From a virus (Duplodnaviria; Caudoviricetes): a stretch of DNA of 40,826 bases. The notes beneath the pieces are model-generated. The model was not told the origin of the DNA. It searched no databases and saw nothing but the letters and a program-made list of their open reading frames with translations. Shown in pieces: positions 27,040-37,714 of the stretch. Every line of letters starts with the position of its first letter. Positions within the stretch are counted from its first letter, which is position 1. Position numbers and translations under genes: made by a program. The DNA lies in the IMG/VR virus record IMGVR_UViG_3300033494_000004, positions 1 to 40,826 of that record, one strand, 5' to 3'.

Positions 27040-28339
27040 TATTCAAAAAGCAATTATTAGATTGCAATTTAAAGATCCATTTTCAGGATGGTTTTTATCT
27101 CAAAGTCATGTGAAGACTAGTGATAAAGTAAAATTTACAAATATAAATATAAGAGGTTTATCTTATGAATTAGTATTAAATGAAAAATTAGTAGAAAATA
27201 TATCTTCTGAATCTTTAAAGAATATTTTAAATCATGAAATGATTCATATTATTTGTAATCATTTATTAGATAGAAATAAATATTCTGATAAGTTTTTATG
27301 GGATATAGCGTGTGATATTGAAGCAAATCAATTTGTACATGATTTAAAAACTTTATTAAGTGATTTTCCCGAATATGCTACATTAGAAAAAATAGAAGAA
27401 GTTACTGGTTTAACTTTAAACAAAAGAGCATCTGCTGATTATTATTATCAAAAATTAACTAATTTATCAAATCAACAAAAGCAAGAGTTAAAGAATGAAT
27501 TTGGATCGCCATCTTTTCAAACTGAATCAGGCGACGAGTCTGAAGAAGGACAAGGTGATGAATCAGATGAAGAAGGTCAAGGATCTGGTAATGGTGACAA
27601 GAGTTCTGATGATGATATACATTCTTGGACTACTTCTAATGAAGAAGCAAATGGAAATGTTGATAATTTAAATGAATTATTAAAACAATCTATAAGTAAT
27701 AATGTATCAAGTAATATAGAAGAATTTGTTAAAAGTAATGACAAATCAAAAGGTAATTTACCAGCTTCAGTTCAAGAGAGGTTAAATTTAAAATTGGATA
27801 GAGCTAAAGTAGATTGGCGAAAAGAATTTAGAATATTTGGTACAGGAGCTAAAACAAGTACATTAGTAAGTACTAGAAAAAAGGAATCTAAAAGATATCC
27901 TGATGCACCAGGTAAAAAGAAAGTTAGACATGCTAAAATATTATTCATGATAGATGTATCCGGATCAGTTTCAACTGAAGAGTTACATGAAGCACTTAAT
28001 GAATTGTATCATTTAACAAAGCAAGGTTACGAAATAGATATCTTACAATGTGATACAGAAATTAAATATTACGATAATAAAAAAGCAGTTAGAACTCTAA
28101 CTAGACAGAACTTAAATACATTCGACATTATAGGTAGAGGTGGTACATGTTTTGCACCTGCTCTAGAGTATTTTAATACACATAAACAAGTTTATGATGC
28201 TGGAATATACTTTACTGATGGAGGTGGAGATGACGTTATTAAAACCTACAAAAAACTACTATGGTTAGTATCATCTAATGGTACTGACAAATATTTAAAT
28301 TTACAAAACAATCAATCAATAATTAAAATAAACAAATAA
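27023..28339 (+). CDS. HEXXH metallopeptidase plus VWA domain protein (DUF2201-like)
   Basis: HEMIH, IACDIEAN, acidic G/E/D linker, MIDAS DVSGS, GRGGT, FTDG. Confidence 0.85.
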   Translation: MSTSSNIQKAIIRLQFKDPFSGWFLSQSHVKTSDKVKFTNINIRGLSYELVLNEKLVENISSESLKNILNHEMIHIICNHLLDRNKYSDKFLWDIACDIEANQFVHDLKTLLSDFPEYATLEKIEEVTGLTLNKRASADYYYQKLTNLSNQQKQELKNEFGSPSFQTESGDESEEGQGDESDEEGQGSGNGDKSSDDDIHSWTTSNEEANGNVDNLNELLKQSISNNVSSNIEEFVKSNDKSKGNLPASVQERLNLKLDRAKVDWRKEFRIFGTGAKTSTLVSTRKKESKRYPDAPGKKKVRHAKILFMIDVSGSVSTEELHEALNELYHLTKQGYEIDILQCDTEIKYYDNKKAVRTLTRQNLNTFDIIGRGGTCFAPALEYFNTHKQVYDAGIYFTDGGGDDVIKTYKKLLWLVSSNGTDKYLNLQNNQSIIKINK

Positions 28340-28343
28340 AACT

Positions 28344-29720
28344 ATGTCTGAAATTAAATCAATTCCTCAATTAAATCAAAAGGAAACAGAAACATTTTTA
28401 CACTCATTTATGATTAACAATTATAAATTAGTAACATCTACAAATCTTAGTGATATTAGACCTACCGCATTAAACATTGTAGGCATCAGTGGTATTGGTA
28501 AAACCAGTATTATTAGACAAGTTGCTAGACAATATTTATTAGCATTGAGAGATGTTAATCCATTAGCATATGAACAAATTGATCCTACAAGATTAGATGA
28601 ACAAATCGTTAAATTATCATTGGCTCAAATGTCAGAAGAAGGTGATTTAATTGGATTATCTTACAAAGTATATGAAGCAATTGATAAAGAAAATAACACT
28701 CGTTGGATTCCTGAAAATGCTCTTCAAACAGAGTTAATGAGTTCACAAGAAAGAAATAATAGTGGTGAATTAGAATTTACTTTGAAATTAACAGGTCAAG
28801 TTAAAACTGAAACTGCACCTCCATCCTGGATTAAAGGTAAAAGTGATTTTGTAGTATTAATCTTAGACGATTTTAACCGTGCAAATCCTCAAATCTTACA
28901 AGCCACAATGGAATTGATTAATGAAGGCGAATCTTTAAGTTGGAGATTACCATCTACTGCACAAATCATTTTATCAAGTAATCCTGATGACGATCCAGAT
29001 TATATGGTTACATCAATGGACGAAGCTATGAAATCAAGAATGGCTATTATAGAAATGATTTTTGATAAGTCAGCTTGGTGTCAATGGGCTGAGGTTAATA
29101 AATTAGACTCTAGGGTAATTAATTTTGTCCATTATTATGGTGAATTGTTTAGTAGTAAATCAAAAGATTCATCTATTAAAGTTAATAGAATTGCACCTCG
29201 TAGTTATACTAAATTAGCTACAATGTTAGGTGTAATTAAAGATTGGAAAGAATCTATTAATTATATTTCAAGATTATCTGGATCATTAATTGGAGTACCA
29301 GATTCAGTTAGATTATTATCATTTATTGAAGGTGGATTAGATAAATTAACGCCAGTTGATGAATTAGTTAAATTATCGAAAGATGAAATGACTAAAGAAT
29401 TACATTCTATAATTGGTGGATATGTAACTAATCCAGATGGTACTGATAATCTTAAATATGAAATTACTAAAGCTGCTATATATACAGAACGATTTATTTC
29501 TTATATGATTAATAATATTGAAACAATTTCTGTAGATCAAGCTAAAAATATTGCTAGTTTATTTAGTAATGGTAGTAATCCTAATATGTCATTATTTAGT
29601 CAATCTATGACTACATCTTATACTACTAGGTGTAATAATCTAATTGATCCAAAATACGCTTCTAAATTACAAAAAACTAACTTAACTCAAGGAGCTGCAT
29701 TAAGCTTAATTGACATTTAA
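28344..29720 (+). CDS. MoxR-like AAA+ ATPase
   Basis: GISGIGKT, LILDDFNRA, SSNP, MDEAMKSR, APRSY. Confidence 0.85.
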   Translation: MSEIKSIPQLNQKETETFLHSFMINNYKLVTSTNLSDIRPTALNIVGISGIGKTSIIRQVARQYLLALRDVNPLAYEQIDPTRLDEQIVKLSLAQMSEEGDLIGLSYKVYEAIDKENNTRWIPENALQTELMSSQERNNSGELEFTLKLTGQVKTETAPPSWIKGKSDFVVLILDDFNRANPQILQATMELINEGESLSWRLPSTAQIILSSNPDDDPDYMVTSMDEAMKSRMAIIEMIFDKSAWCQWAEVNKLDSRVINFVHYYGELFSSKSKDSSIKVNRIAPRSYTKLATMLGVIKDWKESINYISRLSGSLIGVPDSVRLLSFIEGGLDKLTPVDELVKLSKDEMTKELHSIIGGYVTNPDGTDNLKYEITKAAIYTERFISYMINNIETISVDQAKNIASLFSNGSNPNMSLFSQSMTTSYTTRCNNLIDPKYASKLQKTNLTQGAALSLIDI

Positions 29721-30633
29721 TATTATGATTACTATTTTAGAAAAATATAAAGAAAGTAATTATTTAAAAGTACATCATAATCAATGTACTTTTGAATTTA
29801 ATAATTATAATTTAAAAGGATTAAAAACACTTTTATTAAAAATACTCTGTAATGCACCAACTAAGGGTTATACTCATAGTATTAATTTTACATCTATTTC
29901 TTATGAAAACAATATTAGTGTTCATAATATAATAAATTTTATAGGTATTATAAATTATATTGAAAATTACGACAAAGAAACTATTGGTAATAAAATATCA
30001 TTTACTTCTATTAATACTTATCCAATGAGTTATGATACTTTATTTAAAGAATTTAATATAAAGAGAACTTTGGATATTAATAAAAGTGATTATATTTATT
30101 GCAATAGTCCTAGTACTAAAAATGTATGTGGAAAACCATGGGAACAATTATTTAATAAGTTAAATATAAGTAGATATTATAATAATAATGAATTACAATC
30201 AATTTTTGATGATATTGAATGTGATAATAATATTAGTGATTTATTAGTATTGTCAGATAAGTTTTTACATCATATAGATTTGCAATATAGATTTTGTAAT
30301 TTCACAAAAATAGATGAATTTACAAATGAAATTGTTATGTTTAGTAAAACTATAAATGATACTAATTGTATTGATTACTATGATAAATTAAAATCAATGA
30401 ATAATAGTCAAAGAAATAGTGTATTTAACATATTAAACCTTGATAAATCGACTTTTCATTATTTACAAATGTTTAAATGGTATGATAGTGAATTTAATTA
30501 TGAAAATTTAACTGATAGTTATATTGATTTTACAGACTCAGAAACTGATTTATTTTGTGAAAAAATGTTAAAAAAAACACCAGAAGCATTTGAGCTTATA
30601 GAATCATTTAATACACTAGAAGAATATGAATAA
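29710..30633 (+). CDS. hypothetical protein (start may be ATG 29725)
   Basis: 307-aa ORF. Confidence 0.7.
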   Translation: MTFNIMITILEKYKESNYLKVHHNQCTFEFNNYNLKGLKTLLLKILCNAPTKGYTHSINFTSISYENNISVHNIINFIGIINYIENYDKETIGNKISFTSINTYPMSYDTLFKEFNIKRTLDINKSDYIYCNSPSTKNVCGKPWEQLFNKLNISRYYNNNELQSIFDDIECDNNISDLLVLSDKFLHHIDLQYRFCNFTKIDEFTNEIVMFSKTINDTNCIDYYDKLKSMNNSQRNSVFNILNLDKSTFHYLQMFKWYDSEFNYENLTDSYIDFTDSETDLFCEKMLKKTPEAFELIESFNTLEEYE

Positions 30634-31060
30634 CAGAACTAAAGGTCACGTGGGAGAAAGAAAGTATAGATTAATATTTATAGAGTTAGGATATGCTAAA
30701 TGTGAGACATCTAGAAATGCATCTAGACTTTTAGATAATTGTAAAGTTGATTTAGATTTTTTACCATTTAATGTTCAAATTAAAACTGGAAAACATACAA
30801 GCATGAAACCAGATATAATTTTAACAGAGATGAAAACTTTGATAGAATCAACTTATGAAGATACGGATAGAATTAACTATCCGTATTTCATTATACATGA
30901 ACTAGAAGGTAAAAAAGGTAAAGTAAGAACTCATAACGAAACTCAAGTTCATATTAGGTATAGTGATTTACAAAAAATCATTAAAACACTTCCTAATTTA
31001 GAACATGATTTTGTTTTGAAAATGCCATTTGATAACTTAAAACCATATATTAAAAAATGA
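30626..31060 (+). CDS. Holliday junction resolvase-like PD-(D/E)xK nuclease
   Basis: NRTKGHVGER, KVDL, NVQIK. Confidence 0.7.
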   Translation: MNNRTKGHVGERKYRLIFIELGYAKCETSRNASRLLDNCKVDLDFLPFNVQIKTGKHTSMKPDIILTEMKTLIESTYEDTDRINYPYFIIHELEGKKGKVRTHNETQVHIRYSDLQKIIKTLPNLEHDFVLKMPFDNLKPYIKK

Positions 31061-32127
31061 AGTATTACCCATTAGCTGATACAGAATCTAATTATAGATC
31101 TGTATCAGCAATTTCACAATCAGATTTAAAATTGATTTTAGAATCAATAGATGTATGGAACGATAAGAAAAATGGTGCTAGTAGATCTCAAAAAGCAGGT
31201 TCTTTAGTGGATGTGTACATTACTGGTGGACAAGAAGTATTTGATACATTATATTATCAAACTAAATTTAATTGTAAATTTTCAGATTCAATAACAATTA
31301 TATTAGAATATGTTATATCTAAATTAATAGAATATAAAGTAACTAATGTAACATTATTAGATGATGTATTATATGAATTTGGCTGGGAAGCATGTAATGA
31401 AGCAGTTTATTATATGAATAGGAAGAAAGATGATTATATCATAGATACTAGATTTAGAGATATATTAAATAAAGATGCATCAATAATAGATTATATAAAT
31501 GAAATTATAGTTAATGCTGGTAAAACAGCTTATACTAAAGAGGATTTATTAATGTTAAAAGGTATAAAAACTAGTATGATTACATCAAAAGATCCTGTTG
31601 TAGCTAGTATTTTTGATGGCGAAGACGACTCTGATGTTCATTTTCAAATGTGCATTTATGACACTGTAAATGGAATTTATGTTAAAGGTATGATGGATAT
31701 TGTAGTTATAGATCATAAATTTGCTAAAATATATTTAATAGATTTAAAAACTACAAGTGATTATAAACATAATTTTACACAATCTATTTTAAAATATAGA
31801 TATGATTTTCAACTTGCATTTTATAAACATTTATTAAGTAAGAAATATCCTTTGTATCAGATTGAATGTAGTAATTTAGTTGTTAGCTTTAAAAATTCAT
31901 CTCAAATTGTAAGATTTGTTTATGACGATGATTTAGTTGCTCAAGGCGATGGAGGTATAACTAAACCATTCAAATGGATTGAGGGATGGCAAGATGCAAT
32001 AACAAAATATAGATACCATATTAAAGTTAATGATTATAGTAAATCTTATGAAGAATTAATTAATAACGGAGTAATAACCTTAACCACGACTGGATATGCA
32101 ACTAGATACAAACAAATTACTAATTAA
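31057..32127 (+). CDS. PD-(D/E)xK exonuclease (RecE/DUF3799-like)
   Basis: ISQSDLK, KGMMD, IDLKTT, YRYDFQLAFY. Confidence 0.8.
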   Translation: MKYYPLADTESNYRSVSAISQSDLKLILESIDVWNDKKNGASRSQKAGSLVDVYITGGQEVFDTLYYQTKFNCKFSDSITIILEYVISKLIEYKVTNVTLLDDVLYEFGWEACNEAVYYMNRKKDDYIIDTRFRDILNKDASIIDYINEIIVNAGKTAYTKEDLLMLKGIKTSMITSKDPVVASIFDGEDDSDVHFQMCIYDTVNGIYVKGMMDIVVIDHKFAKIYLIDLKTTSDYKHNFTQSILKYRYDFQLAFYKHLLSKKYPLYQIECSNLVVSFKNSSQIVRFVYDDDLVAQGDGGITKPFKWIEGWQDAITKYRYHIKVNDYSKSYEELINNGVITLTTTGYATRYKQITN

Positions 32128-32698
32128 TAAGACATTTAGATTTTTATTTCCAATAGTAAAAGAATTATCTTCTAAAGTATATGCATTGTTAATGGATCTT
32201 AAAATAATAGGTATATTTCATTCAGATAAAATAAGTGATTCATTAGACTTTAATTATACCAATCATTTATTTATTTGTTTTAATTTAGATAATGATAAAA
32301 TAATAAAATCACTACAAGAAATAAGAACTCTTAGTTGTTACGAAAATGATTATCATTATGAAATAATAGATGAAAAATTAACTCATATATTAGTATTAAA
32401 AATACCAGCTGAATATAATAAAACATCTATATATTTTAAAAAAAGTTTGTATTCTAAAATGTACGAAAGAGCTAAGGTGATGAAGTTATTTAATACTAAT
32501 AATGTAGTAATTAAAGCATCTATAGGTATACTATTAAAAACTAAGGAATCAATGGATAATCATTTAGAAGTTTTAAGAAAAGATTTTAATGTACCAGAAT
32601 TAAATTTTGAAGATATAAAAGATCATGAATTAGAGTATCCTTTGAACAATGAAGAAGAAATATTAAATTATAATAAAAACCCTAAACAACAATGTTAA
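32096..32698 (+). CDS. hypothetical protein
   Basis: 200-aa ORF, NKTFRFLFP...YSKMY. Confidence 0.75.
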   Translation: MQLDTNKLLINKTFRFLFPIVKELSSKVYALLMDLKIIGIFHSDKISDSLDFNYTNHLFICFNLDNDKIIKSLQEIRTLSCYENDYHYEIIDEKLTHILVLKIPAEYNKTSIYFKKSLYSKMYERAKVMKLFNTNNVVIKASIGILLKTKESMDNHLEVLRKDFNVPELNFEDIKDHELEYPLNNEEEILNYNKNPKQQC

Positions 32699-33363
32699 TT
32701 ATAGGAATAGCAGGATTGATGGGTAGTGGTAAAGATACTGCTGCTGAGATTATAAAATCAGAAATATATCCTAATGAAAAAGTAAAGATATTAAAGTTTG
32801 CAACTAGACTGAAAAAGTCAGTTGCAGCTTTATTAAATGTACCTGAAGAAATGTTAGAAGATAGAGAATTTAAAGATTCTGTAATAGAAGAATTTAAAAC
32901 TTACGCTCTTGATTTTTGGTGTGACGAAAAGCAAAAAACTCACTGGGGAACTAAAATGTACAATACAGAGTATTTTAGTACTATGAAAGAAAGATCTTCG
33001 TTTGCAAACAATGTAATTGTAAAAGGTACTCATACTGTAAAGCCCACCGTAAGACAGTTATTACAAGAATATGGTACTAAATTCTTAAGAGGATATAATA
33101 AAGAAGTTCATATTAATTTTATAAAATCAGAAATACAAAAAAATCAAGATTGTGATGTAATAATTATTTCTGATGTTAGATTTCATAATGAATTAGAGTT
33201 CATAGTCGGATATGAAAATTCAGTTACATTAGGTTTACTTAGACAAACTGAATCAAATAAACATGCATCAGAAGATTTAACAGTTGTTAATAATTGTGAA
33301 TATATAATCGATAATAACAAAGATATTGATTCATTAACAGAACAGTTAAAATCAATTTTTTAA
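32692..33363 (+). CDS. deoxynucleoside monophosphate kinase
   Basis: GLMGSGKDT, FATRLK, RQLLQEYGT, ISDVRFHNE, HASE. Confidence 0.9.
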   Translation: MLIIGIAGLMGSGKDTAAEIIKSEIYPNEKVKILKFATRLKKSVAALLNVPEEMLEDREFKDSVIEEFKTYALDFWCDEKQKTHWGTKMYNTEYFSTMKERSSFANNVIVKGTHTVKPTVRQLLQEYGTKFLRGYNKEVHINFIKSEIQKNQDCDVIIISDVRFHNELEFIVGYENSVTLGLLRQTESNKHASEDLTVVNNCEYIIDNNKDIDSLTEQLKSIF

Positions 33364-33379
33364 ATTCACAATAATTAAT

Positions 33380-33387
33380 TAAATTTG
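33380..33387 (+). promoter_or_regulatory. possible -7 promoter element before nrdB
   Basis: TAAATTTG matches TAnnTTTG; weak evidence in AT-rich DNA. Confidence 0.25.
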
Positions 33388-33401
33388 TAAAAAATTAAAA
33401 C

Positions 33402-34388
33402 ATGTTATTAGAAGACAAATCGGTATTTAAACCGTTTAATTATCCTTTGATAGAAAGGATATTTAAAATTCAACAATCAACTCATTGGTTAGGAGATAAT
33501 ATTCCGATGCAATTAGATGTTCAAGATTGGAATACAAAATTAACAGATGAAGAAAAACATATTGTTGGTAATTTATTAAAGTCCTTTACTCAAGTTGAAG
33601 TAATCGTGGGAGACTATTGGAGAGATCTTTCTTACGTATTTAAACATCCAGAAATTAGCATGATGTGTACTACATTTAGTTATTTTGAAACAATTCATCA
33701 GTTAGCATATGATAGATTAAATGCATCATTAGATTTGACAGACTATAAAGGATTCTTACAAGAAGAAAGAGTTTCTAATAGATTAAACAGTATTGTTAAT
33801 CAAAATTGTTTAAGAATGAATTTAGATAGAAATAATCCTGATAAACAACATTTATTAGACATAGCAGTATCAATTGCTTCTTTTAGTGCATTTGTTGAAG
33901 GTTGTGCTATATTTAGTTCATTTATGATTTTATTTAATTTCTCAAGATCTAAAATTTTAAGTGCGACCAAAGAAATTGTAGAGTATTCTATAAGAGATGA
34001 AGAAATTCATTCTATAGGTGGGATAGCTTTATTTAGAGAGTTATGTTCTGAATACCCATATATCAAACATAGAGCAGAAGATAAGATAAAAGAAGCGGCT
34101 AGATTAGTTTATCAATTAGAATCTAATAATTTAGATTTCATATTTGAAAATACTAGTATAGTTAGAGGATTAACTAAAGAAGAAGTTTTAAATTATATTG
34201 CTAATAGATTAAATTTAAAACTTGTTGAATTAGGTTATAGTTCTATTTTTGAAATTGATTCTGTACAATTAAAAAATGTAGATTGGTTTGATATAATTGT
34301 AAAAGGTAATTCTCATGGTGATTTCTTTGCTAAAAAGATAACTGATTATACAAATCAAGAAGATGTCGATCCAGATTCTTTATGGTAA
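33402..34388 (+). CDS. nrdB: ribonucleotide reductase class I beta subunit
   Basis: ETIHQLAY, VEG, RDEEIH, DFF. Confidence 0.95.
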   Translation: MLLEDKSVFKPFNYPLIERIFKIQQSTHWLGDNIPMQLDVQDWNTKLTDEEKHIVGNLLKSFTQVEVIVGDYWRDLSYVFKHPEISMMCTTFSYFETIHQLAYDRLNASLDLTDYKGFLQEERVSNRLNSIVNQNCLRMNLDRNNPDKQHLLDIAVSIASFSAFVEGCAIFSSFMILFNFSRSKILSATKEIVEYSIRDEEIHSIGGIALFRELCSEYPYIKHRAEDKIKEAARLVYQLESNNLDFIFENTSIVRGLTKEEVLNYIANRLNLKLVELGYSSIFEIDSVQLKNVDWFDIIVKGNSHGDFFAKKITDYTNQEDVDPDSLW

Positions 34389-34413
34389 TTGAAATTATAA
34401 AGTTAATAACTAT

Positions 34414-34450
34414 ATCCTTGCTATTTATTTATTCTATAACAAGGATTTTT
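34414..34450 (+). terminator. possible terminator or processing hairpin between nrdB and nrdA
   Basis: ATCCTTG 34414-34420 / CAAGGAT 34440-34446 followed by TTTT. Confidence 0.4.
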
Positions 34451-34488
34451 ACTGATGAAAATAAATAATAACTAAATACAATTAACTT

Positions 34489-36192
34489 ATGTTAAGGCAA
34501 CAAGAGACAAGAGCTCATCCAGAATGGGCTACAGAAGAAAGTATTAATCTATTAAGAAAGAACAATTATTTCTTAGAAGATGAAGATTCACGAACAATGT
34601 ATTTACGAGTTGTAAATCATTTATCAAATTATTTACCAGATACAATGGATAAAGATTTAATAGCTGATAAATGGTTTAAGTACATTTGGAATAATTGGTT
34701 ATGTCCATCTACACCTGTACTATGTAATGTAGGAACTGATCGTGGGATGCCCATCGCCTGTTTCGGCGGAAAAAAAGAGGATTCTATGACAAGTATTTTT
34801 GATCACGTAAAAGAAACAGCATTATTAACTAAACATGGTGGAGGAACAAGTGGTTCTTGGGATAAGGTTAGGGGTAGAGGAGAGCCTATATCAAAAGGAG
34901 GTTATTCACAAGGTACGATACCATTTTTAAAAGTATTGGATAGTACTATTGCATCTTCTCAACAAGCCAATATTCGTAGAGGTGCATATGCTGCTTACAT
35001 GCCAATCACACATAAAGATATTTTAGAATTTATTACAATAAGAGAACCTGTTGGTGATTTAAATTCTAAATGTACTAATGTAGGATTTCATCATGGTGTA
35101 ACAATTGGTGATGATTTTATGATTAAATTAAAAGAAGGTAATCCATATTATAGAACAGTATGGGCTAAACTTTTAAAACAACGTAAGAAGTTAGGTGAGC
35201 CATATTTGATGTTTTATGATACAGTTAATAGAGCTAATCCAGATTGTTATAAGAAACGTAAGTTGAAAGTTAATGCATCAAATTTGTGTAGTGAAATTGC
35301 CCTTCATTCAGACTCAGATCATACATTTGTTTGTTGTTTATCATCTTTAAATTTATTTAAATATGACGAATGGAAAGATGAGTCTGACTTTTTATATTAT
35401 ACTCTTTTATTTATGGATTGTGTAATGGAAGATTTTATTACTAATGCAAGTGATATTGATGGATTTGAAAACGCTGTTAGATATGCTAAAAAGTTTAGAT
35501 CTATTGGTATTGGTGTATTAGGATTTCATTCGTTATTACAATCAAAATTAATACCTTTTATTAGCATAAAATCTCGTTATTTAATTAATGAAATTGGTAA
35601 GAAATTAAAAACTGAATTAGATGAGGCTAATATAAGATTAGGAGTTGAATTAGGAATACCTGAAGGTTGCGATACTACTAGATGTAGTCATGTAACAGCT
35701 ATTGCACCTACATCAAGTAATTCTATTATTAGTGGTCAAATGAGTCCAGGGATAGAACCTTATAATAGTAATATATTTACTCAAGAAACATCAGCTTCTA
35801 CCTTTATAAGTAAAAATAGATTCTTAGAGCAATTGCTAATTGAAAAATATCCAGAAATGAATAATGATGATATTTGGAAACAAATAGCAATAGATTATCA
35901 AGGGTCAGTTCAATCTCTAGAGTTTTTAACTGAAGAAGAAAAACAAGTGTTTTTAACAGCATTTGAAATTAATCAAAAAGAACTGATTATAAATGCTTCA
36001 ATTTGGCAGAAATATATCGACCAGGGCATATCTTTAAATCTGTTCTTTGCGGATTCAGTAGATATGAAATACTTTTCCGAATCTCATGTATTAGCATGGG
36101 AAGTAGGATTAAAATCATTGTACTATGTAAGGTCTACTAGTGCATCAAAATTATTTATTAATCAAGAAGGTTGCACCATGTGCCAATCTTAA
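34489..36192 (+). CDS. nrdA: ribonucleotide reductase class I alpha subunit (no ATP-cone)
   Basis: PSTP, IACF, SNLCSEI, CCLSSLN, APTSS, KSLYY, C-terminal CTMC. Confidence 0.95.
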   Translation: MLRQQETRAHPEWATEESINLLRKNNYFLEDEDSRTMYLRVVNHLSNYLPDTMDKDLIADKWFKYIWNNWLCPSTPVLCNVGTDRGMPIACFGGKKEDSMTSIFDHVKETALLTKHGGGTSGSWDKVRGRGEPISKGGYSQGTIPFLKVLDSTIASSQQANIRRGAYAAYMPITHKDILEFITIREPVGDLNSKCTNVGFHHGVTIGDDFMIKLKEGNPYYRTVWAKLLKQRKKLGEPYLMFYDTVNRANPDCYKKRKLKVNASNLCSEIALHSDSDHTFVCCLSSLNLFKYDEWKDESDFLYYTLLFMDCVMEDFITNASDIDGFENAVRYAKKFRSIGIGVLGFHSLLQSKLIPFISIKSRYLINEIGKKLKTELDEANIRLGVELGIPEGCDTTRCSHVTAIAPTSSNSIISGQMSPGIEPYNSNIFTQETSASTFISKNRFLEQLLIEKYPEMNNDDIWKQIAIDYQGSVQSLEFLTEEEKQVFLTAFEINQKELIINASIWQKYIDQGISLNLFFADSVDMKYFSESHVLAWEVGLKSLYYVRSTSASKLFINQEGCTMCQS

Positions 36193-36210
36193 AATTTATT
36201 TATTAAAATT

Positions 36211-36621
36211 ATGGAACTTATCAATGTTTTATTACTAGGAATGACTTTATTAGCTATTGTAGTTGGTTATTTACTATATTCTATTCAGACATTATATAAA
36301 GAAATAGATCAAATGGAAATTAAAATCTATAGTCATATCAACACAATTGTTGAATCAACAGTTGACGTTAGTACTAAAGTAATTAATGAAAGTAATGAAT
36401 CTTTAAAGATCACTATTATGGAAGAATTAACTTCTATTGAGACTAAAGTTAATCAAGAAATTAAAGATCATTTAAATAGTATTAAAAGTGAATTGAATGA
36501 GGCAGTCAAAGCTGACATGAAAAAATTAACTGATTATGCAGAAGCAATAAAAGGATTGGTTGACAGTTTAAATTCAACTCCTAAACCAACTAAAAAAACA
36601 AATAGAAAAAATGGAATTTAA
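36211..36621 (+). CDS. membrane-anchored coiled-coil protein
   Basis: N-terminal TM helix followed by helical heptads. Confidence 0.7.
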   Translation: MELINVLLLGMTLLAIVVGYLLYSIQTLYKEIDQMEIKIYSHINTIVESTVDVSTKVINESNESLKITIMEELTSIETKVNQEIKDHLNSIKSELNEAVKADMKKLTDYAEAIKGLVDSLNSTPKPTKKTNRKNGI

Positions 36622-36883
36622 TATCCCTTTAGAGTTTTCTAGCGAAATGCTATTTAAAAAAGATAAGTCTGATGAAGATTCATTATTAAGAAAATTAATT
36701 GATGGAGATGATAGTGATGACTTAGATTATGAGGTCGAAGTAATAAAAGTATTAATAGGAGGATTTGATTCATTACACGAATCAAAAGATTCAACTAAAT
36801 GCTATTTAAATTATTTAAATGACCAATTTTTGGTATTAGAACCATACGAACAATTAAAAGAAAGAATTAAAAAACATATTTAA
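36611..36883 (+). CDS. acidic hypothetical protein
   Basis: ORF overlapping neighbours. Confidence 0.7.
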   Translation: MEFNIPLEFSSEMLFKKDKSDEDSLLRKLIDGDDSDDLDYEVEVIKVLIGGFDSLHESKDSTKCYLNYLNDQFLVLEPYEQLKERIKKHI

Positions 36884-36885
36884 AA

Positions 36886-37398
36886 ATGGTAACTGTAAAA
36901 TTAAAAGTAAAAGAAGGGGTAGAATTACCTAAGTATCAAACACCAGGTTCTGGTGCAGTAGATTTATTATTTCATGATGTAGTTAAATTATACACTAGAA
37001 ATAATTACGAAATGACAAATGTAGATGAAATCTTCAAAGGATTTAAATCTGGAGGTGTAAACTATATTTGTATTAGACCAGGCGAAAGAGTTTTGCTTGA
37101 TACAGGATTAACTTTAGCTAATATTGAAGATGGTTATAAGTTAGATCTAATTATTAGAAGTAGTCAAGCTCTAAAATACGGGTTAGATTTATCAAATTCA
37201 AAAGGATTAGTTGACAATGATTACAGAAGCATGATTGGGTTAATTTTAACAAATACTAGTAATGCACTAGTTAGAATTAACAAGAATGAAAGAATTGCTC
37301 AAATGGAAATTACCCCGTATATACAAGCTAAGTTTGAAGCAGTTGAGGAATTAACAGTTACAGAACGTAAAGGAGGATTTGGATCTACAGGTGTATGA
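36886..37398 (+). CDS. dut: trimeric dUTPase
   Basis: GSGAVDL, RSS, GLVDNDYR, ERIAQ, RKGGFGSTG. Confidence 0.95.
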   Translation: MVTVKLKVKEGVELPKYQTPGSGAVDLLFHDVVKLYTRNNYEMTNVDEIFKGFKSGGVNYICIRPGERVLLDTGLTLANIEDGYKLDLIIRSSQALKYGLDLSNSKGLVDNDYRSMIGLILTNTSNALVRINKNERIAQMEITPYIQAKFEAVEELTVTERKGGFGSTGV

Positions 37399-37712
37399 TA
37401 AGGGAATGTAAAACTCATGGTTTTACTAAGTACAAATTAAATAAACGTAATCATTTTATATGTATAGAATGTTCTAAAGATCATAAGTTAAAGTATAGAT
37501 ATAATATAACAACAGAAGATAAATTAGAGCTGTTATCTATATATAATAATCAATGTTATATTTGTAATTCAACAGAAGATTTATGTATTGATCATTGTCA
37601 TGATTTAAATGAAATACGTGGTATATTATGTAGAAAATGTAATGCTGGAATAGCGATGTTAAAACATGATTCAGAATTACTTGAAAAAGCAATTAAATAT
37701 TTAAAACGATAA
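37395..37712 (+). CDS. endonuclease VII-family HNH nuclease
   Basis: CYIC...IDHCH...RGILCRKCNAGI. Confidence 0.85.
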   Translation: MIRECKTHGFTKYKLNKRNHFICIECSKDHKLKYRYNITTEDKLELLSIYNNQCYICNSTEDLCIDHCHDLNEIRGILCRKCNAGIAMLKHDSELLEKAIKYLKR

Positions 37713-37714
37713 TC

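Noticed and set aside
27520-27615. Repetitive GGTGATGAATCAGATGAAGAAGG-like stretch
   Set aside because: Ordinary acidic low-complexity linker of DUF2201-type proteins.
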